Shown here one piece after another: positions 20,854 through 31,761 of a stretch of 64,000 bases of DNA. Position numbers and translations under genes: made by a program. The notes under the pieces were generated by a model. The model saw only the letters and a program-made list of their open reading frames with translations, was not told the origin of the DNA and made no database searches. Source of the stretch: Desulfatiglandales bacterium (lineage in GTDB: Bacteria > Desulfobacterota > DSM-4660 > Desulfatiglandales > Desulfatiglandaceae); the NCBI GenBank assembly GCA_963662465.1, contig OY759599.1:6208001-6272000 (forward strand), read 5' to 3'. Positions within the stretch are counted from its first letter, which is position 1, and each line of letters starts with the position of its first letter.

Positions 20854-22631
20854 CTAAAAACCATATTTGGTGGTGTGCCCCTTGGGTGCCCCTTCATCTC
20901 TAACTGATGGCAAGGTTTGAGTTTCCTTTGCACCATTGCTTTTCTGACCTAAACTTTGCCATTCCCTCTCGTCAGAGCGGTTTCTAGGCATATTCGTTTT
21001 TCCCGGTTCCACCGAATTACGTTCAGAAGGCTTTGACAGGTTGGGTGGTGCAGTCTTTTTCGCCTCTCTCTCTTTTGCAAACATATTCAAATCGGAGTCG
21101 GATAGTTTAAAGAAAGACATGCCTTCCTTATTAGCTGTAACACCTTGTCTTGGATTAAGAATCATCTTTTCTGAGGTAGCTTTCGAAGTCACCTCCACAG
21201 TCCCTTCATAGACCTCTATCACCGAAACATTTCCTTTTTCAATACATCTGAACTTGGTCCCTTTGGCCCAGGCCTCAAGCCTGTCCAAGAGAATAAACAG
21301 ATCAGTATTCATTTTATCAAAGCTTTCATCAAATTTTTTGTTAGTTTTTTTAATGGTGATCCAAATATTACCCAAAATGAGTTTTATATCTATTAATTTA
21401 CGTTTTTTTCGTGGGGGGAGAAACACCAGTGTTGAGTTGGGACCCATAATAACATCTGACCCATTTTTGTTAACTATAACCACTTCGCTATCATCAAAAG
21501 TCTTTATCGTATCACCGTAATGGATCTTATTTCCGGAAATAGTTTTCCCATCGTTGCTTACGATCTCCATTTTACCGTCCGTGAAGGAAATCCACGCCCC
21601 GGAAGGTTTGCCAAAACTACTTTTTAACTCTTGTACCCTCTTGTCTATCTCTTTTTCTTCCTCAAGATATTTTGGGTCAAGTAAGCGGGCTTTGCGGCTC
21701 CACTCATCAAAATGGGCCTTGGCTGCAGCATAATTATCTAGACCATCTTCTTCCATGCACTTTTTGATGCATGAATCCTTGGGATATCCCCGAGAGCAAA
21801 CCGCAGTCCCTCCTATGCATGGGCCATTGTAAAGCTTGGCGCAGGGAGCATTAGCGTTAAAGGTTCTAACCTTCTTGAGGGACAAGATGCCGCCATCTTC
21901 CGGAGCCATCCCAAGGGAACAACGGCACACACAGGATTCAAATTGGCGGAGTTTTTGATCAGACAAGTCATTAAAATCGATTCTTTTTGTGGGAGATATC
22001 GTCCCCGGTTCGCTAAGGTCTGAAACGCCGGCACCGGAATCAATATTCCATTCGTAAATATATCAAAATCCCTGCTGCACCGTATTCATTGATCCATCGG
22101 GACAAAACCTGATCGCAAAGGATTCACCCTTTGATCCTGCCGGAACTTTGAATTTGACCGTCTTTGTCGCTGTATCAGACTTAGCTCGTGAATTTGCCTC
22201 CACTCTACCCAGCTCATGTCGTCCACCACAAACGGTGCCGCAGCCGCAACTTGGAAGATCGATGGATATACTCAAACCAAGACTTAAAATAGCCCCGGTA
22301 TATTAGATCCTCTTTTTGCAGAAATTGTAAACTGCTGAGTCTCACCAGCATTAAGTCGTTTCGGGGGTGGGGTCCATGAGGCGCTGGCAGAGAATACTTC
22401 CTCTTTACGACAGTTACATACACCTGCAAAATAAACTGTACGCAAAGAGAAGGTTCCTTCACTGATCGTGATACGTTGTTCTCCACACTGGTTTTTAGAA
22501 TTTTTTCCCTCACCACTCTTGACATCTACCTGTTCCCAGTAGCCTTGAGCTCCAGCACAATTGGAAAAACCCAGAGAAAACAATACCAAAGATGAAAATA
22601 AGAACAGACATATAGAGACACGTTTAGACAA
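20854..22631 (-). pseudogene. Secreted FecR-domain protein split by one frameshift and one nonsense codon
   Basis: The signal-peptide ORF 22284-22631 joins 22063-22275 via a frameshift near 22285. The TGA at 22063-22065 is in frame with 20854-21966. It has a FecR-like segment (GDTIKT...KGTKF...VYEGTVEV) and ends PKGHTTKYGF. Confidence 0.7.
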
Positions 22632-22901
22632 GTTCGCTCCTCCATTCTGTTTATAGGTAATAGTAGGAAATTAATTATTGCGTTGGTTTCTATAGCTCTA
22701 ATCTCTTCTTTCAGTACTGTCAAGGATTAGGTGGGAAAGGTGATTTAGATACCTTTATCTTGACAGGCTGCGGCTAATATGAGACAGCTCCTCAGGGTAG
22801 AAATCCTTTATCCGAAAATATTAAAAACCTCTTTCTTCTTTATCTATCAATGCTTATTTGAGACGTACGGAAGTCTCTTCAGCAAATGAGATGGTGGAAA
22901 A

Positions 22902-24203
22902 ATGGACAAACTTAACAGAATTGGCAGGGTTGCGATAAGATTCTTCCTTTGTGGGTTAATGGTAGTCTGTTGGTTATTTATTGTTCCAAAAGTTTCAGCC
23001 CAAACCTATGACTTCGACGAAGGGCTTGAAGCGGTTACCGAGGGTCTTGTATCAGAAAACAGTGGGATTTTGAAAAACAAGAAAGTAGCCGTTTTTGGAA
23101 TAATTGAAAGCAAGTCAGAAGAAAAGTGGTTAATCTCTTCGCATATTGAAGATGGAATTGTTGACGCCCTCGTCAATAATGGGTGCAGGGTTATTGAGAG
23201 GCGAAGGATTCAGGATGTAATAAAAAAGGAGATTAAAGAAACTACCGATCTGTGGTTTGACCAGGACCAAGCGGCTCAATTCGGAAAACTTGTCGGAGCG
23301 GACTTTGTTGTGACGGGCAATTACGTCCTGTGGGGACAGGGAATGCTTAAGATCAGCATAAGAGCCATTAATGTTGCCGACGGAGAGATTGTGGCCGCAG
23401 ACAAAGTGAAAATCCTTACGGACAGGATAGCGAACTTATTAAAATCAGAAGAGGACGGGAAACACCTGAAAGAGACTGATGTGGGCTCTGGGAAATCGGT
23501 TGCTGAACCGACAAGAGAAGAGAGTAAAACAACACTCGCGGTTAACGCAAACGTAACAAACGCCAAAGTCCTGGTGGACGGAAAAGAAATGGGGCTTACA
23601 CCCATGTCGGATGTGACAGTATCACCGGGCGAACGCAAAATAACGGTTAAGAAACAGGGCTATGAACTCTACCAAAAAACGATTCATCTTGGTAAAGGCA
23701 GAGCCGTATCTCTCTACGTGGATTTGCATTTGAAAAGAACGAAAAAAGGGAGATCTTATGTCGAGGTGAAGCCCGATGATGCAACCGTGAAAACGACAAC
23801 AAAGCATCAGCCTGAGCATCCCAAAACCGAGAATCGTTCGATTAGATGCTCGAAAGAGTCTATTCTTGTAAAACACGAATTTCTGGGCGCTTGCGGGTTT
23901 GTTAATAAATCTCAGTTTATTCTAGCCGAAGGGCGTAATGTCAGCCGTATACGAATCTGGTATTATACGCCAAAAGGCGGTGGCAGCCTAAATGTGAACA
24001 TCGTCGGGCCAAATGGCTATTCATGGTCAGGTCTAACCCGTATGGGCAATTGTCAAGGGCAATGGTGCGAAGGCATAGTGAATCTCAATCAGTACCTTAG
24101 CAGGGGGACCTACTCTCTAGCAATTGACAGTGTCTCGATGTGCAAGAATCCAAATGGCCTCACAACCCTCATTGTTTACGGTTGTACAGAGAGTTCTAAT
24201 TAA
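22902..24203 (+). CDS. Secreted protein: CsgG/FlgO/TolB-N-like domain + PEGA domain + Cys-containing C-terminal domain
   Basis: Signal peptide; VIERRRI...GKLVGADFVVTG; PEGA motif AKVLVDG..MGLTP...KQGY. Confidence 0.7.
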   Translation: MDKLNRIGRVAIRFFLCGLMVVCWLFIVPKVSAQTYDFDEGLEAVTEGLVSENSGILKNKKVAVFGIIESKSEEKWLISSHIEDGIVDALVNNGCRVIERRRIQDVIKKEIKETTDLWFDQDQAAQFGKLVGADFVVTGNYVLWGQGMLKISIRAINVADGEIVAADKVKILTDRIANLLKSEEDGKHLKETDVGSGKSVAEPTREESKTTLAVNANVTNAKVLVDGKEMGLTPMSDVTVSPGERKITVKKQGYELYQKTIHLGKGRAVSLYVDLHLKRTKKGRSYVEVKPDDATVKTTTKHQPEHPKTENRSIRCSKESILVKHEFLGACGFVNKSQFILAEGRNVSRIRIWYYTPKGGGSLNVNIVGPNGYSWSGLTRMGNCQGQWCEGIVNLNQYLSRGTYSLAIDSVSMCKNPNGLTTLIVYGCTESSN

Positions 24204-24220
24204 GATTTATTCCGAGAGCA

Positions 24221-26329
24221 TTGAACATGAAATTCAACCCATTTTACGGACGTTTTAAAACTCCCTCCTGGACTGTGTTGTTCAGGTATGTGGTACTGAG
24301 TGCCGTATGTCTGCTAACCATGGCGGGCAATGCCTGGGGTGTTCCCAATGTGATTCAGATCCTGGTTGATCCTGTTGGTGGGCTGGTTGCTTTAACCGAA
24401 GACAAGGGCGGGCTCTTTTATTCCAACGATGGGGGCAAACAATGGGCACAAGGAAAAGGTTTGCCCAAAACCTATCTTTACAGGGCTTCAGCAGGCCCAA
24501 AAAAGAATCTTTTTATGACAACCTCAGACGGAGTTTATTGTTCTGTTAATGGGGGGGCTGATTGGTTTCAGAGCGGAAGGGTAAACAGTGCCTTTATTGC
24601 TTTTGCTCCATCAGGGGACTTATGCTTGGTAAAAGTTTGGGGAGAGGGTCTTTTCAAGACGTCAAGCCAATATTTTATGGATAGGGGCGCAACCCACGGT
24701 GCAAAAGCCACGGATGCAATTGACCAAATTGAGAATGAGATTACCCAGAAATCGCTCGCACTCGCAAAATTGATTAAAGACCTTAAACAGAAAATGGGGC
24801 TTCAATCACCGGATACAACAGATTTTCAGCGCATGGATACCAATAAGACGCAGCAGTTCCTAGCGAAAATAAAGCCTGCAAGTGATGAACTGAAAGCCCT
24901 GAAAAAGCAAGCAGCCCAATTGAAAGAGGTAGGCGGCGCTGGTTTGCAGCCTATCCAAGGATTGCCGGATAGATTCATACAGTGCATATCATTCAGTCAG
25001 GATGAAGAGGCGTTCGTCGGATTTTTCGGTAAGGGCGTATACGTTTCCCGGAATGGCGGCCTGAACTGGGTCGAGGCCAGTCAAGGCCTCGAAAACCGTG
25101 ACATTCTGGCAATGGAATCAAACCCCAGTGGTATCGTTTTTGCCGGCACCTACGGTGGAGGGCTTTTCCGGTGTTCCTCAAAAGAGACAATCTGGTCCCG
25201 ACTCAATTTAGGCTTAAAAAAACGAATTGTGACCTGCCTGGCTTTCGGGTCCCGCAGCCTAGTTCTTGTGGGGACCCGGGGAGAAGGCATGCGGCTTTCC
25301 CATGATGGCGGAAACACCTGGAACCCAATCGAAGGGCCTCTCGCCGAAGCCAATGTTCAGGCGGTGGCTGTCGATCTGGAAGGGACGCTCTGGGCCGGCG
25401 TTTACGGTAGTGGGCTCTTTTTTTCACGGGATGAGGGTAAAAGCTGGTTTCCAAAGCCTTTTGCGTATGTTTCGCGGGTGGTTGGATTGGCAACGAATGG
25501 AAACGGGGATTGGTACGCGGCGGTTACGGGTTTGGGGCTTTTGCGCAGCAGCGATAAAGGGGGAAACTGGACGCTGATATCATTGCCTTTTCCTTTGGAA
25601 CAGGGGATATCCATTGCCTTTCAGAAAGACCGTTTATGGGTGGCATCCCGCCAATGCGGACCCTTTTTCAAAACGGATGGTGGCAAAACATGGAAAAAAT
25701 CAATCACGGGTTTGCCTGAAGAAGGGGTTCACGCGTTGAGGGCTGATCCCAAGGGATCAATCTTTGTCACATCGGTCGATGGAAAAGGCCTCTACCAACT
25801 GAATTCTCAGGATGCCTGGGAAAAAATCAGTGCGGATGACGGCCATGACTATTCCGCCTGGGACCTGCTTTTTCTTCCCAATGGTGAAGCAGTGGTGTGG
25901 GGCTATAATGATGTCCTTTTTTCAAGGGATGGTTTGAAAAAATGGCACCGCGAGCGAATCGGACAGGCATTTAAAGATCTGTGGGTGGATCAAAATAGAA
26001 CCATATGGACCCGACGTCAGATAAGCACCTTTGCATTTACAGAGAATGGGCTGGAATTTCCAGATAAAAGCGAGAACATTCCGGAAGATCGATACACCTT
26101 TTTTGTTCCTTTCAATTCTTCCCAGTTCGCAGCCATTCGATCTGATAGCGGAATTGATACGCTTCAATTAGTGGATAAGAAATTGAAGCCCCTTTTTCGG
26201 GGGATTGAGAACAAGAAAGTACTGTCCATCACTGTGGACGGAACATCTTTGCTTGCGGGTACAGAACACGGGATATGGGTTTCGGAGAACCAAGGGCAAT
26301 CGTGGCGGAAAGTGGATCTGCAGCCTTGA
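24221..26329 (+). CDS. Secreted BNR/Asp-box (Ycf48/WD40-like) beta-propeller protein
   Basis: Many S-x-D/N-G-G-x-x-W repeats and an N-terminal signal. Confidence 0.8.
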   Translation: MNMKFNPFYGRFKTPSWTVLFRYVVLSAVCLLTMAGNAWGVPNVIQILVDPVGGLVALTEDKGGLFYSNDGGKQWAQGKGLPKTYLYRASAGPKKNLFMTTSDGVYCSVNGGADWFQSGRVNSAFIAFAPSGDLCLVKVWGEGLFKTSSQYFMDRGATHGAKATDAIDQIENEITQKSLALAKLIKDLKQKMGLQSPDTTDFQRMDTNKTQQFLAKIKPASDELKALKKQAAQLKEVGGAGLQPIQGLPDRFIQCISFSQDEEAFVGFFGKGVYVSRNGGLNWVEASQGLENRDILAMESNPSGIVFAGTYGGGLFRCSSKETIWSRLNLGLKKRIVTCLAFGSRSLVLVGTRGEGMRLSHDGGNTWNPIEGPLAEANVQAVAVDLEGTLWAGVYGSGLFFSRDEGKSWFPKPFAYVSRVVGLATNGNGDWYAAVTGLGLLRSSDKGGNWTLISLPFPLEQGISIAFQKDRLWVASRQCGPFFKTDGGKTWKKSITGLPEEGVHALRADPKGSIFVTSVDGKGLYQLNSQDAWEKISADDGHDYSAWDLLFLPNGEAVVWGYNDVLFSRDGLKKWHRERIGQAFKDLWVDQNRTIWTRRQISTFAFTENGLEFPDKSENIPEDRYTFFVPFNSSQFAAIRSDSGIDTLQLVDKKLKPLFRGIENKKVLSITVDGTSLLAGTEHGIWVSENQGQSWRKVDLQP

Positions 26330-26379
26330 AAAGGTGCAGGCCTTTTAAACCAGCATGTTCGAAATCAAGAGAATAAACC

Positions 26380-27681
26380 ATGCGTTTTTTGTTGAATCCT
26401 TTTCTAATCTTTTGCGGCATATTTGCAGCTCTGCTGTTTTGGTGGCGACCCGCCCCGGAACTGATTTGCATGAAATCTGTGGACTGGGCGCATGAGTACG
26501 AAAAACAGCACACTCCCTCAAAACATCTTTTGGGCGCCATGGAAATGGCGCGTGAATTAATCCGCTCCGGTTCACCCCATGAGCCTTTCACTGAATTTAT
26601 CGCCCGGAAAACACGAGACCAGTTGATTGTTGTGGCCACAAAGGACTGGCAGTCATGGGATGAAAAGTATTTTTCAAAAGGAGCATTTTCCCCTAAACGC
26701 AATCTCTATTTTTCACCTGATGATTCGCCGATAGATGTCCTCAAGGATCCCCAGGGTTATGTTGAACTAAGAGGGAAGAACACGATCCATTTTGTGTACT
26801 ACGACCGTCTTGAAGCGAGGGAATTGGACTGGGATGACATCCCGAATTCTTTGCGATATCCATACCGCAACTTTGCCATAATAATGTTCTGTGCTGCCCT
26901 GCTCTTCTGGGGCGTCAGCAGGGTTCGGAAAAGGGTGCTCGATTTGGCTGCGGCAAGTTCAGCGGGCACAGGATGCCGGGTTTTTTTGGTCGGTATGTGC
27001 ATGGGTATGGCCCTGACGCTACTGCCGTTTCTGTATTACAATGGCGAAGCCGGCATCCCCGCTTTTTTTCTGGGTGTTGTGAGTATGTTGGCGGGGGCAA
27101 TCGGACTGGTTTTTTTCGGCCTACAGGTCTCGATGGTTCGAAAAATGATCGGTGGAAAAGATCAATTGGCCCACTGGACCTATGATCCTTCAAAGTGGAA
27201 ACGATTTATAGATTGGCATTTGAATGAGGAAAAAGAGGCAAAGTGGGGACTTTTTGTATTTATTACTATCATCATTGCGGTTGTGGGAGTGGGGTTCTGG
27301 CTGGCCATGAGGGATACCGCATCCTTGTGGGTACTCCTTTTTCTCCTGGGGCTGATTGTTTTGCTATGGCTGGTGGCAATTGTGGCGCCAAGATTGACCT
27401 ACCGCAGGCTGAAGAAGGGTTCAGGGCAGGTTTACCTTGGAAAATCCGGTATATATTTAAACGGGGTTGTACACACCTGGAGCCTGATCGGTTCGCGTTT
27501 GGAGTCCGTGGAGTTAATCCAGAAACCTTTTCCAATGTTGGTGTTTGTTTATTCATACCTCATGATGGCAGGCCAGTCGCTGTTTTTTTTCAGACGGTAC
27601 GCTTCCGTACATGTTCCTGTGCCAGACGGGAAAGAGGCTGAGGCAACCAAGGTTGTCAATCGTTATAGAAAGAAGGTATAA
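26380..27681 (+). CDS. Multi-pass membrane protein of unknown function
   Basis: Long ORF with about 6 hydrophobic segments, co-oriented in the operon. Confidence 0.7.
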   Translation: MRFLLNPFLIFCGIFAALLFWWRPAPELICMKSVDWAHEYEKQHTPSKHLLGAMEMARELIRSGSPHEPFTEFIARKTRDQLIVVATKDWQSWDEKYFSKGAFSPKRNLYFSPDDSPIDVLKDPQGYVELRGKNTIHFVYYDRLEARELDWDDIPNSLRYPYRNFAIIMFCAALLFWGVSRVRKRVLDLAAASSAGTGCRVFLVGMCMGMALTLLPFLYYNGEAGIPAFFLGVVSMLAGAIGLVFFGLQVSMVRKMIGGKDQLAHWTYDPSKWKRFIDWHLNEEKEAKWGLFVFITIIIAVVGVGFWLAMRDTASLWVLLFLLGLIVLLWLVAIVAPRLTYRRLKKGSGQVYLGKSGIYLNGVVHTWSLIGSRLESVELIQKPFPMLVFVYSYLMMAGQSLFFFRRYASVHVPVPDGKEAEATKVVNRYRKKV

Positions 27682-27901
27682 AACCGGTTCAGACCTTGGG
27701 CTGTTTATTAGAAATCAAAACTCAGTCTTGCACAAATATTATTGCCGGAGCCTCTATTTATGCGGCAAAGGGTTGGCGTATCTGACAAAAATCCAATATT
27801 TTAGCAGGCCAAAACACAAAATTACGTTGACGCACAAGAGGGATTTCGCCATTCTTTTTCACCGAAAAGGCGAGTTCTTACCAAATTGAAGGAATGTATT
27901 T

Positions 27902-28747
27902 ATGAGGCTCAAAGCGTTGATTATAGCCATCATTCTTCTTGGTGTGCTGTGCACAGCGGGAGGATTCATGGCCTCTTGGCAGGGAGAAAAGAAGTTTACG
28001 GCTGAAACAGAGCAGGCCTTTTTAGGTCTGACCGATCAAAGCCAACCCTTTCTTCCAATCGTTAACCCAAAACAATCCATGGACGAGCTGCCCGAGCCGG
28101 TCCGTCTGTATTTGAGCAAAGCCCTTTCCGACAGCAGCAAATCAATCAGTTCAATCCGAATTAAGCAGACGGGTAAGATCAAGACCACAGAAGATTCCCG
28201 ATGGGACAACCTCGCTGCCACCCAAGTAATATCTCTTAACCCTCCGGGTTTGGTTTGGAGCGGAAAGGTGGATTATGCGCCGTTGACCCCATTGACGATA
28301 ATGACGTCGCTTCTTGGTGGAAAAGGGGCGACTCAGTCCAAGCTGTGGGGGCTGATTTCACTTTTTGAAAACAAATCATATTCAATGGGCAAGTATCTTC
28401 TCCTTCGTTGGCTGGCTGAAGCGGTTTGGTATCCAGAGGTCTTGTTAAAGGGGAAGGGCGTCAAATGGGACCGAGCGGAATCCAAGGTCCATGATGCGAG
28501 TACAGCGAAAATCATTATGGAAGTAGACGATCTTAAGGTTGAAGGCGAATTTCACTTTTTCCGCAGCTCTGGTGCTCCAATATTTTTCATCGGCCAATCG
28601 ATTGATGGTTACAAATGGTACTGTGAGTATTCGGGCTGGAAACAGATTCAAGGGCGGCAAATCCCGACGAAGTTAGTTCAGGGCGTGTACCATGGAGCCA
28701 ATAAGCAAGAAAGACTAATGATATTCGTGGATGAAATTGAATATTAG
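27902..28747 (+). CDS. DUF6544-like membrane-anchored protein
   Basis: N-terminal TM; LPEPVRLYL...IRIKQTG...RWLAEAVWYP. Confidence 0.6.
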   Translation: MRLKALIIAIILLGVLCTAGGFMASWQGEKKFTAETEQAFLGLTDQSQPFLPIVNPKQSMDELPEPVRLYLSKALSDSSKSISSIRIKQTGKIKTTEDSRWDNLAATQVISLNPPGLVWSGKVDYAPLTPLTIMTSLLGGKGATQSKLWGLISLFENKSYSMGKYLLLRWLAEAVWYPEVLLKGKGVKWDRAESKVHDASTAKIIMEVDDLKVEGEFHFFRSSGAPIFFIGQSIDGYKWYCEYSGWKQIQGRQIPTKLVQGVYHGANKQERLMIFVDEIEY

Positions 28748-29017
28748 CAATCTTTTTAGACTATTAACGGTCTGGATTAGATGCGGCACACGCTCGTAAG
28801 GCAAAGTGGACACTGTTTGAAAAGGGAGGGCAATCTATAAACCATACGGTTCTTTCGTGTGCGAACATGCAAAAGAGAATAGTAGGAATGGTTTTAATTT
28901 TGACCTGTTGTCAGCTTTTTCCGTCTATGACTCCGTACCCTTCCCAATCCTGCCTCAGATATCGCCATATGGCTATAAATAATCACTGCTTCTTTCACCA
29001 GGGGTAAGCATCCAAAA

Positions 29018-30979
29018 TCAAAACCCATATTTTGTTGAATGACCTTTGGGAATATTTCGCTGTCCCTCTGAAGTCCCCCTCTGCTGTCCGGATGAAAAGG
29101 TATCACCCCCGCCAATACTCTCAAACGTGTCCCGGTTGACCGGTTTTGATCCGACCTCCTTTTGCCAACCGCCGTCGGCCGGTGCCGGCTGGGACGTCAT
29201 CGCAGGTGGGGCAGGCGCGGGCGAGGGTTTCAGCAGGGCGTTGTTGCCAGCCCAGATCTTGTAGTCCGCCTTGGCGATCTTATACATTGTCTGGATGCTT
29301 TGGGTCAGACCGGCCTTGGTGTCGGCGGAAAGGTCGGGCACCTCGCCGATCGCCTTGGTCAGTTTGCTGAGGATCATCTTTTCGGCGGCAACCTCTCCGA
29401 TCTTTTTCATGATGGTCAGGAAGGACTTGTCGTAATTGCCCTTGGAATAGGCGCAGAGCGACGAGAATGCGGTGAAGCCCCAGCTTATGCCGCTGCCGTA
29501 GACGGGTATCAGTTTCAGGGTCTCGCGCAGGACGACTTGTTGGGTCGTGTCCGCCTCGAACATGCAGGCATAGAGCTGCTGCCACGAGGGATCGGACTCG
29601 AAGGTGGCGGTGTAGAACAGGTCTTGGGTCAGGTCGCCGAAATCCCAGGCCTTTCTGCTGCCAACGTGAGGTCGAAGCGCGGTCATGAACGAGTATTCGC
29701 CGGTGACCGCCAGTGCCACGCCGGGATACCGGTGCTTGCCGAATTTGTGCTGCGGCCCGCCGCCGCCCTGTCCGACCTTCTCGGGCATTATGCCGTCGAC
29801 GACCAGCACCGCCTCCTTGTCGTTCAGGCGTTTGAAGGCCAAGGGGCCGCGATAGACCTGCAGCTTGACCGGGTCGCCGAACACCTCGTTGGGGTCAATC
29901 AGCACCTCGGGCCGCATATTGACCTTGATGTCGGGCTGCAAGTTCGCCAGCTCGTGGCCTTGACGGCAGGTGTCGTAGCCCTCGAACCAGGCGCCGACAT
30001 CCAGGCCGGGCCGAAGGTTCGAGGCTACCGACAGAACCAGGGCATGCGTCGTCAGCCGCGAAGGCTCAGTGTCGACCAGCATCAGCTTGGCGTGGGTATA
30101 GGCGAGGCCCAGGCCGACACGATAGGGCAGCGTCTTGGAATCCAGGACTTTGCCCTCGTCGTCCAGGACCTCGACAGTGATGGTCTTGTCGACCTTGCGG
30201 GTGGGCTGCTTGTCATCGGCGCCGTTGTCATAGGCCATGATTTCGATCCACGGCACGTCGAGGGCCATCTCATGCGCCTCATCCTCGTCGCTTTGCTTCC
30301 AGCGCAACCGCTTCCAGCCGTCGCCCTCAACTTTGATGTCGAAGCGCGCCGGGAAGCCCGGCCAGTTAGGGATCAGTGCGCCCTGACCTGAGGGGTCGGC
30401 TGGGCAGGCGGTCACCTTCAAAGTTGCGTTTTTTGTGACCGAAGAATCCTTTATTAAGTCTTTCTTCTCCTCTCCCTGTAAGGAGCCGCTGACCACCAAC
30501 CCTCTGCCCCCGGCATTATATTCTCCGGTCATGTCCACGCGGAAACCACCCGATCCGGCGCCCTTAGGCACTTGAAGCGTCAGATTGAAGGACCGAGACT
30601 CGCCCTTTTTGAATTTCGCATTAAACTTTCGTTTTTCCTTTCCGGCCCAGAGATCCACCCTGACCGATGCCCCATAGCCCCAGTCCTGCTTGACGCTGCC
30701 CGACAGGGTCATGGTTCCAGCACCCAGAACACCCTCGTAATGCCTGGCCGTTGTAAAGCCCGGCTTATCCACAGGTTTCCCGCAGGCTCCCCCATTGAAA
30801 CTGTAGGTGATCTGCATACCATTAAATGGAGACCCCGGATAGGTACCGCTAACTGTTCCTCCTGAAGCTTGCTTGGGCTTGGCCGGGCAGAGGGGCAAGT
30901 GATTGACCTCGATGTCCTTAGCCACACAAACGCCTGTTAAAAGCAGGAATATCGCTGTCCCCAACAGAATCAGTTTCAT
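29018..30979 (-). CDS. Secreted protein of unknown function, mosaic in GC content, ending PKGHSTKYGF
   Basis: Signal peptide MKLILLG...CVA; GGAGG RBS; 653 aa. Confidence 0.8.
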   Translation of the reverse strand: MKLILLGTAIFLLLTGVCVAKDIEVNHLPLCPAKPKQASGGTVSGTYPGSPFNGMQITYSFNGGACGKPVDKPGFTTARHYEGVLGAGTMTLSGSVKQDWGYGASVRVDLWAGKEKRKFNAKFKKGESRSFNLTLQVPKGAGSGGFRVDMTGEYNAGGRGLVVSGSLQGEEKKDLIKDSSVTKNATLKVTACPADPSGQGALIPNWPGFPARFDIKVEGDGWKRLRWKQSDEDEAHEMALDVPWIEIMAYDNGADDKQPTRKVDKTITVEVLDDEGKVLDSKTLPYRVGLGLAYTHAKLMLVDTEPSRLTTHALVLSVASNLRPGLDVGAWFEGYDTCRQGHELANLQPDIKVNMRPEVLIDPNEVFGDPVKLQVYRGPLAFKRLNDKEAVLVVDGIMPEKVGQGGGGPQHKFGKHRYPGVALAVTGEYSFMTALRPHVGSRKAWDFGDLTQDLFYTATFESDPSWQQLYACMFEADTTQQVVLRETLKLIPVYGSGISWGFTAFSSLCAYSKGNYDKSFLTIMKKIGEVAAEKMILSKLTKAIGEVPDLSADTKAGLTQSIQTMYKIAKADYKIWAGNNALLKPSPAPAPPAMTSQPAPADGGWQKEVGSKPVNRDTFESIGGGDTFSSGQQRGTSEGQRNIPKGHSTKYGF

Positions 30980-31761
30980 AATAGCACCCTCCCAAATTGG
31001 TTTTTTAAAACGGCTTTCGGCTAAATGGTTGAATTAATCTTGTTTTGCGGTATGCCTCTGTTTTTCAATATTTCCCGCTTCATTATCAGCTTATTAAATA
31101 ACGTAATAACGTTCAGAACCCCAATCCAGCATGATATCATGTATATTGCAGTTCCTCTACTCCGTGACGCACAAGGGGAATTTCGCTATGTCCCCCACTC
31201 ATAAAAAAGGCCTTACCAAAGTGCGGAGGAGATTGGCTGGTCGTGAATTGACGGTCCGTATCTGGCCTTCAAATATGTTGGGTTTCCAATAGAAAACACA
31301 AAGTATTGGCACCATCAAAAACCTTCAATATGCCTTACTTCTTTGATGAGAATATCGCCTCGAATTTGAAAAAATTCCAGCCTCACCTTAACTCAATCTC
31401 TATACCAAAACACAAAATATCGTAAAGCTCAAATAAACTGTGATATCATCAAGTCAGAGGGTTTGAGCGACCGTTGTTATCGATGCCATCTTTAAGGGCC
31501 GGTCGCTCTGGGTATATATTGAGAATATTGCCGCGGATTCAATTCTTCAAATCAGTTGGAATTATTGCTGGTTTCCCGGAGAGGAGGCGTCAAACGTTAC
31601 TGGGTCTACGTCCTCATACAATTGGCGAATACGCGGTATTAATCTTCGCGAGGCGTGAGGCTTCCCGGTCTATGACCGAGGGCCATCACTTGCCTCTTTC
31701 GCAAGCCTGCTCAATCAATGGGGATGGGTGCAGGAAATACGCGCTTTTGCTTTATTATGTC

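Noticed and set aside
29162..30391. 409-aa plus-strand ORF (likewise 12088-13017, 13949-14920, 37220-38113 and 40953-42041 on minus)
   Set aside because: These are antisense shadows of well-supported genes, with no recognisable motifs.
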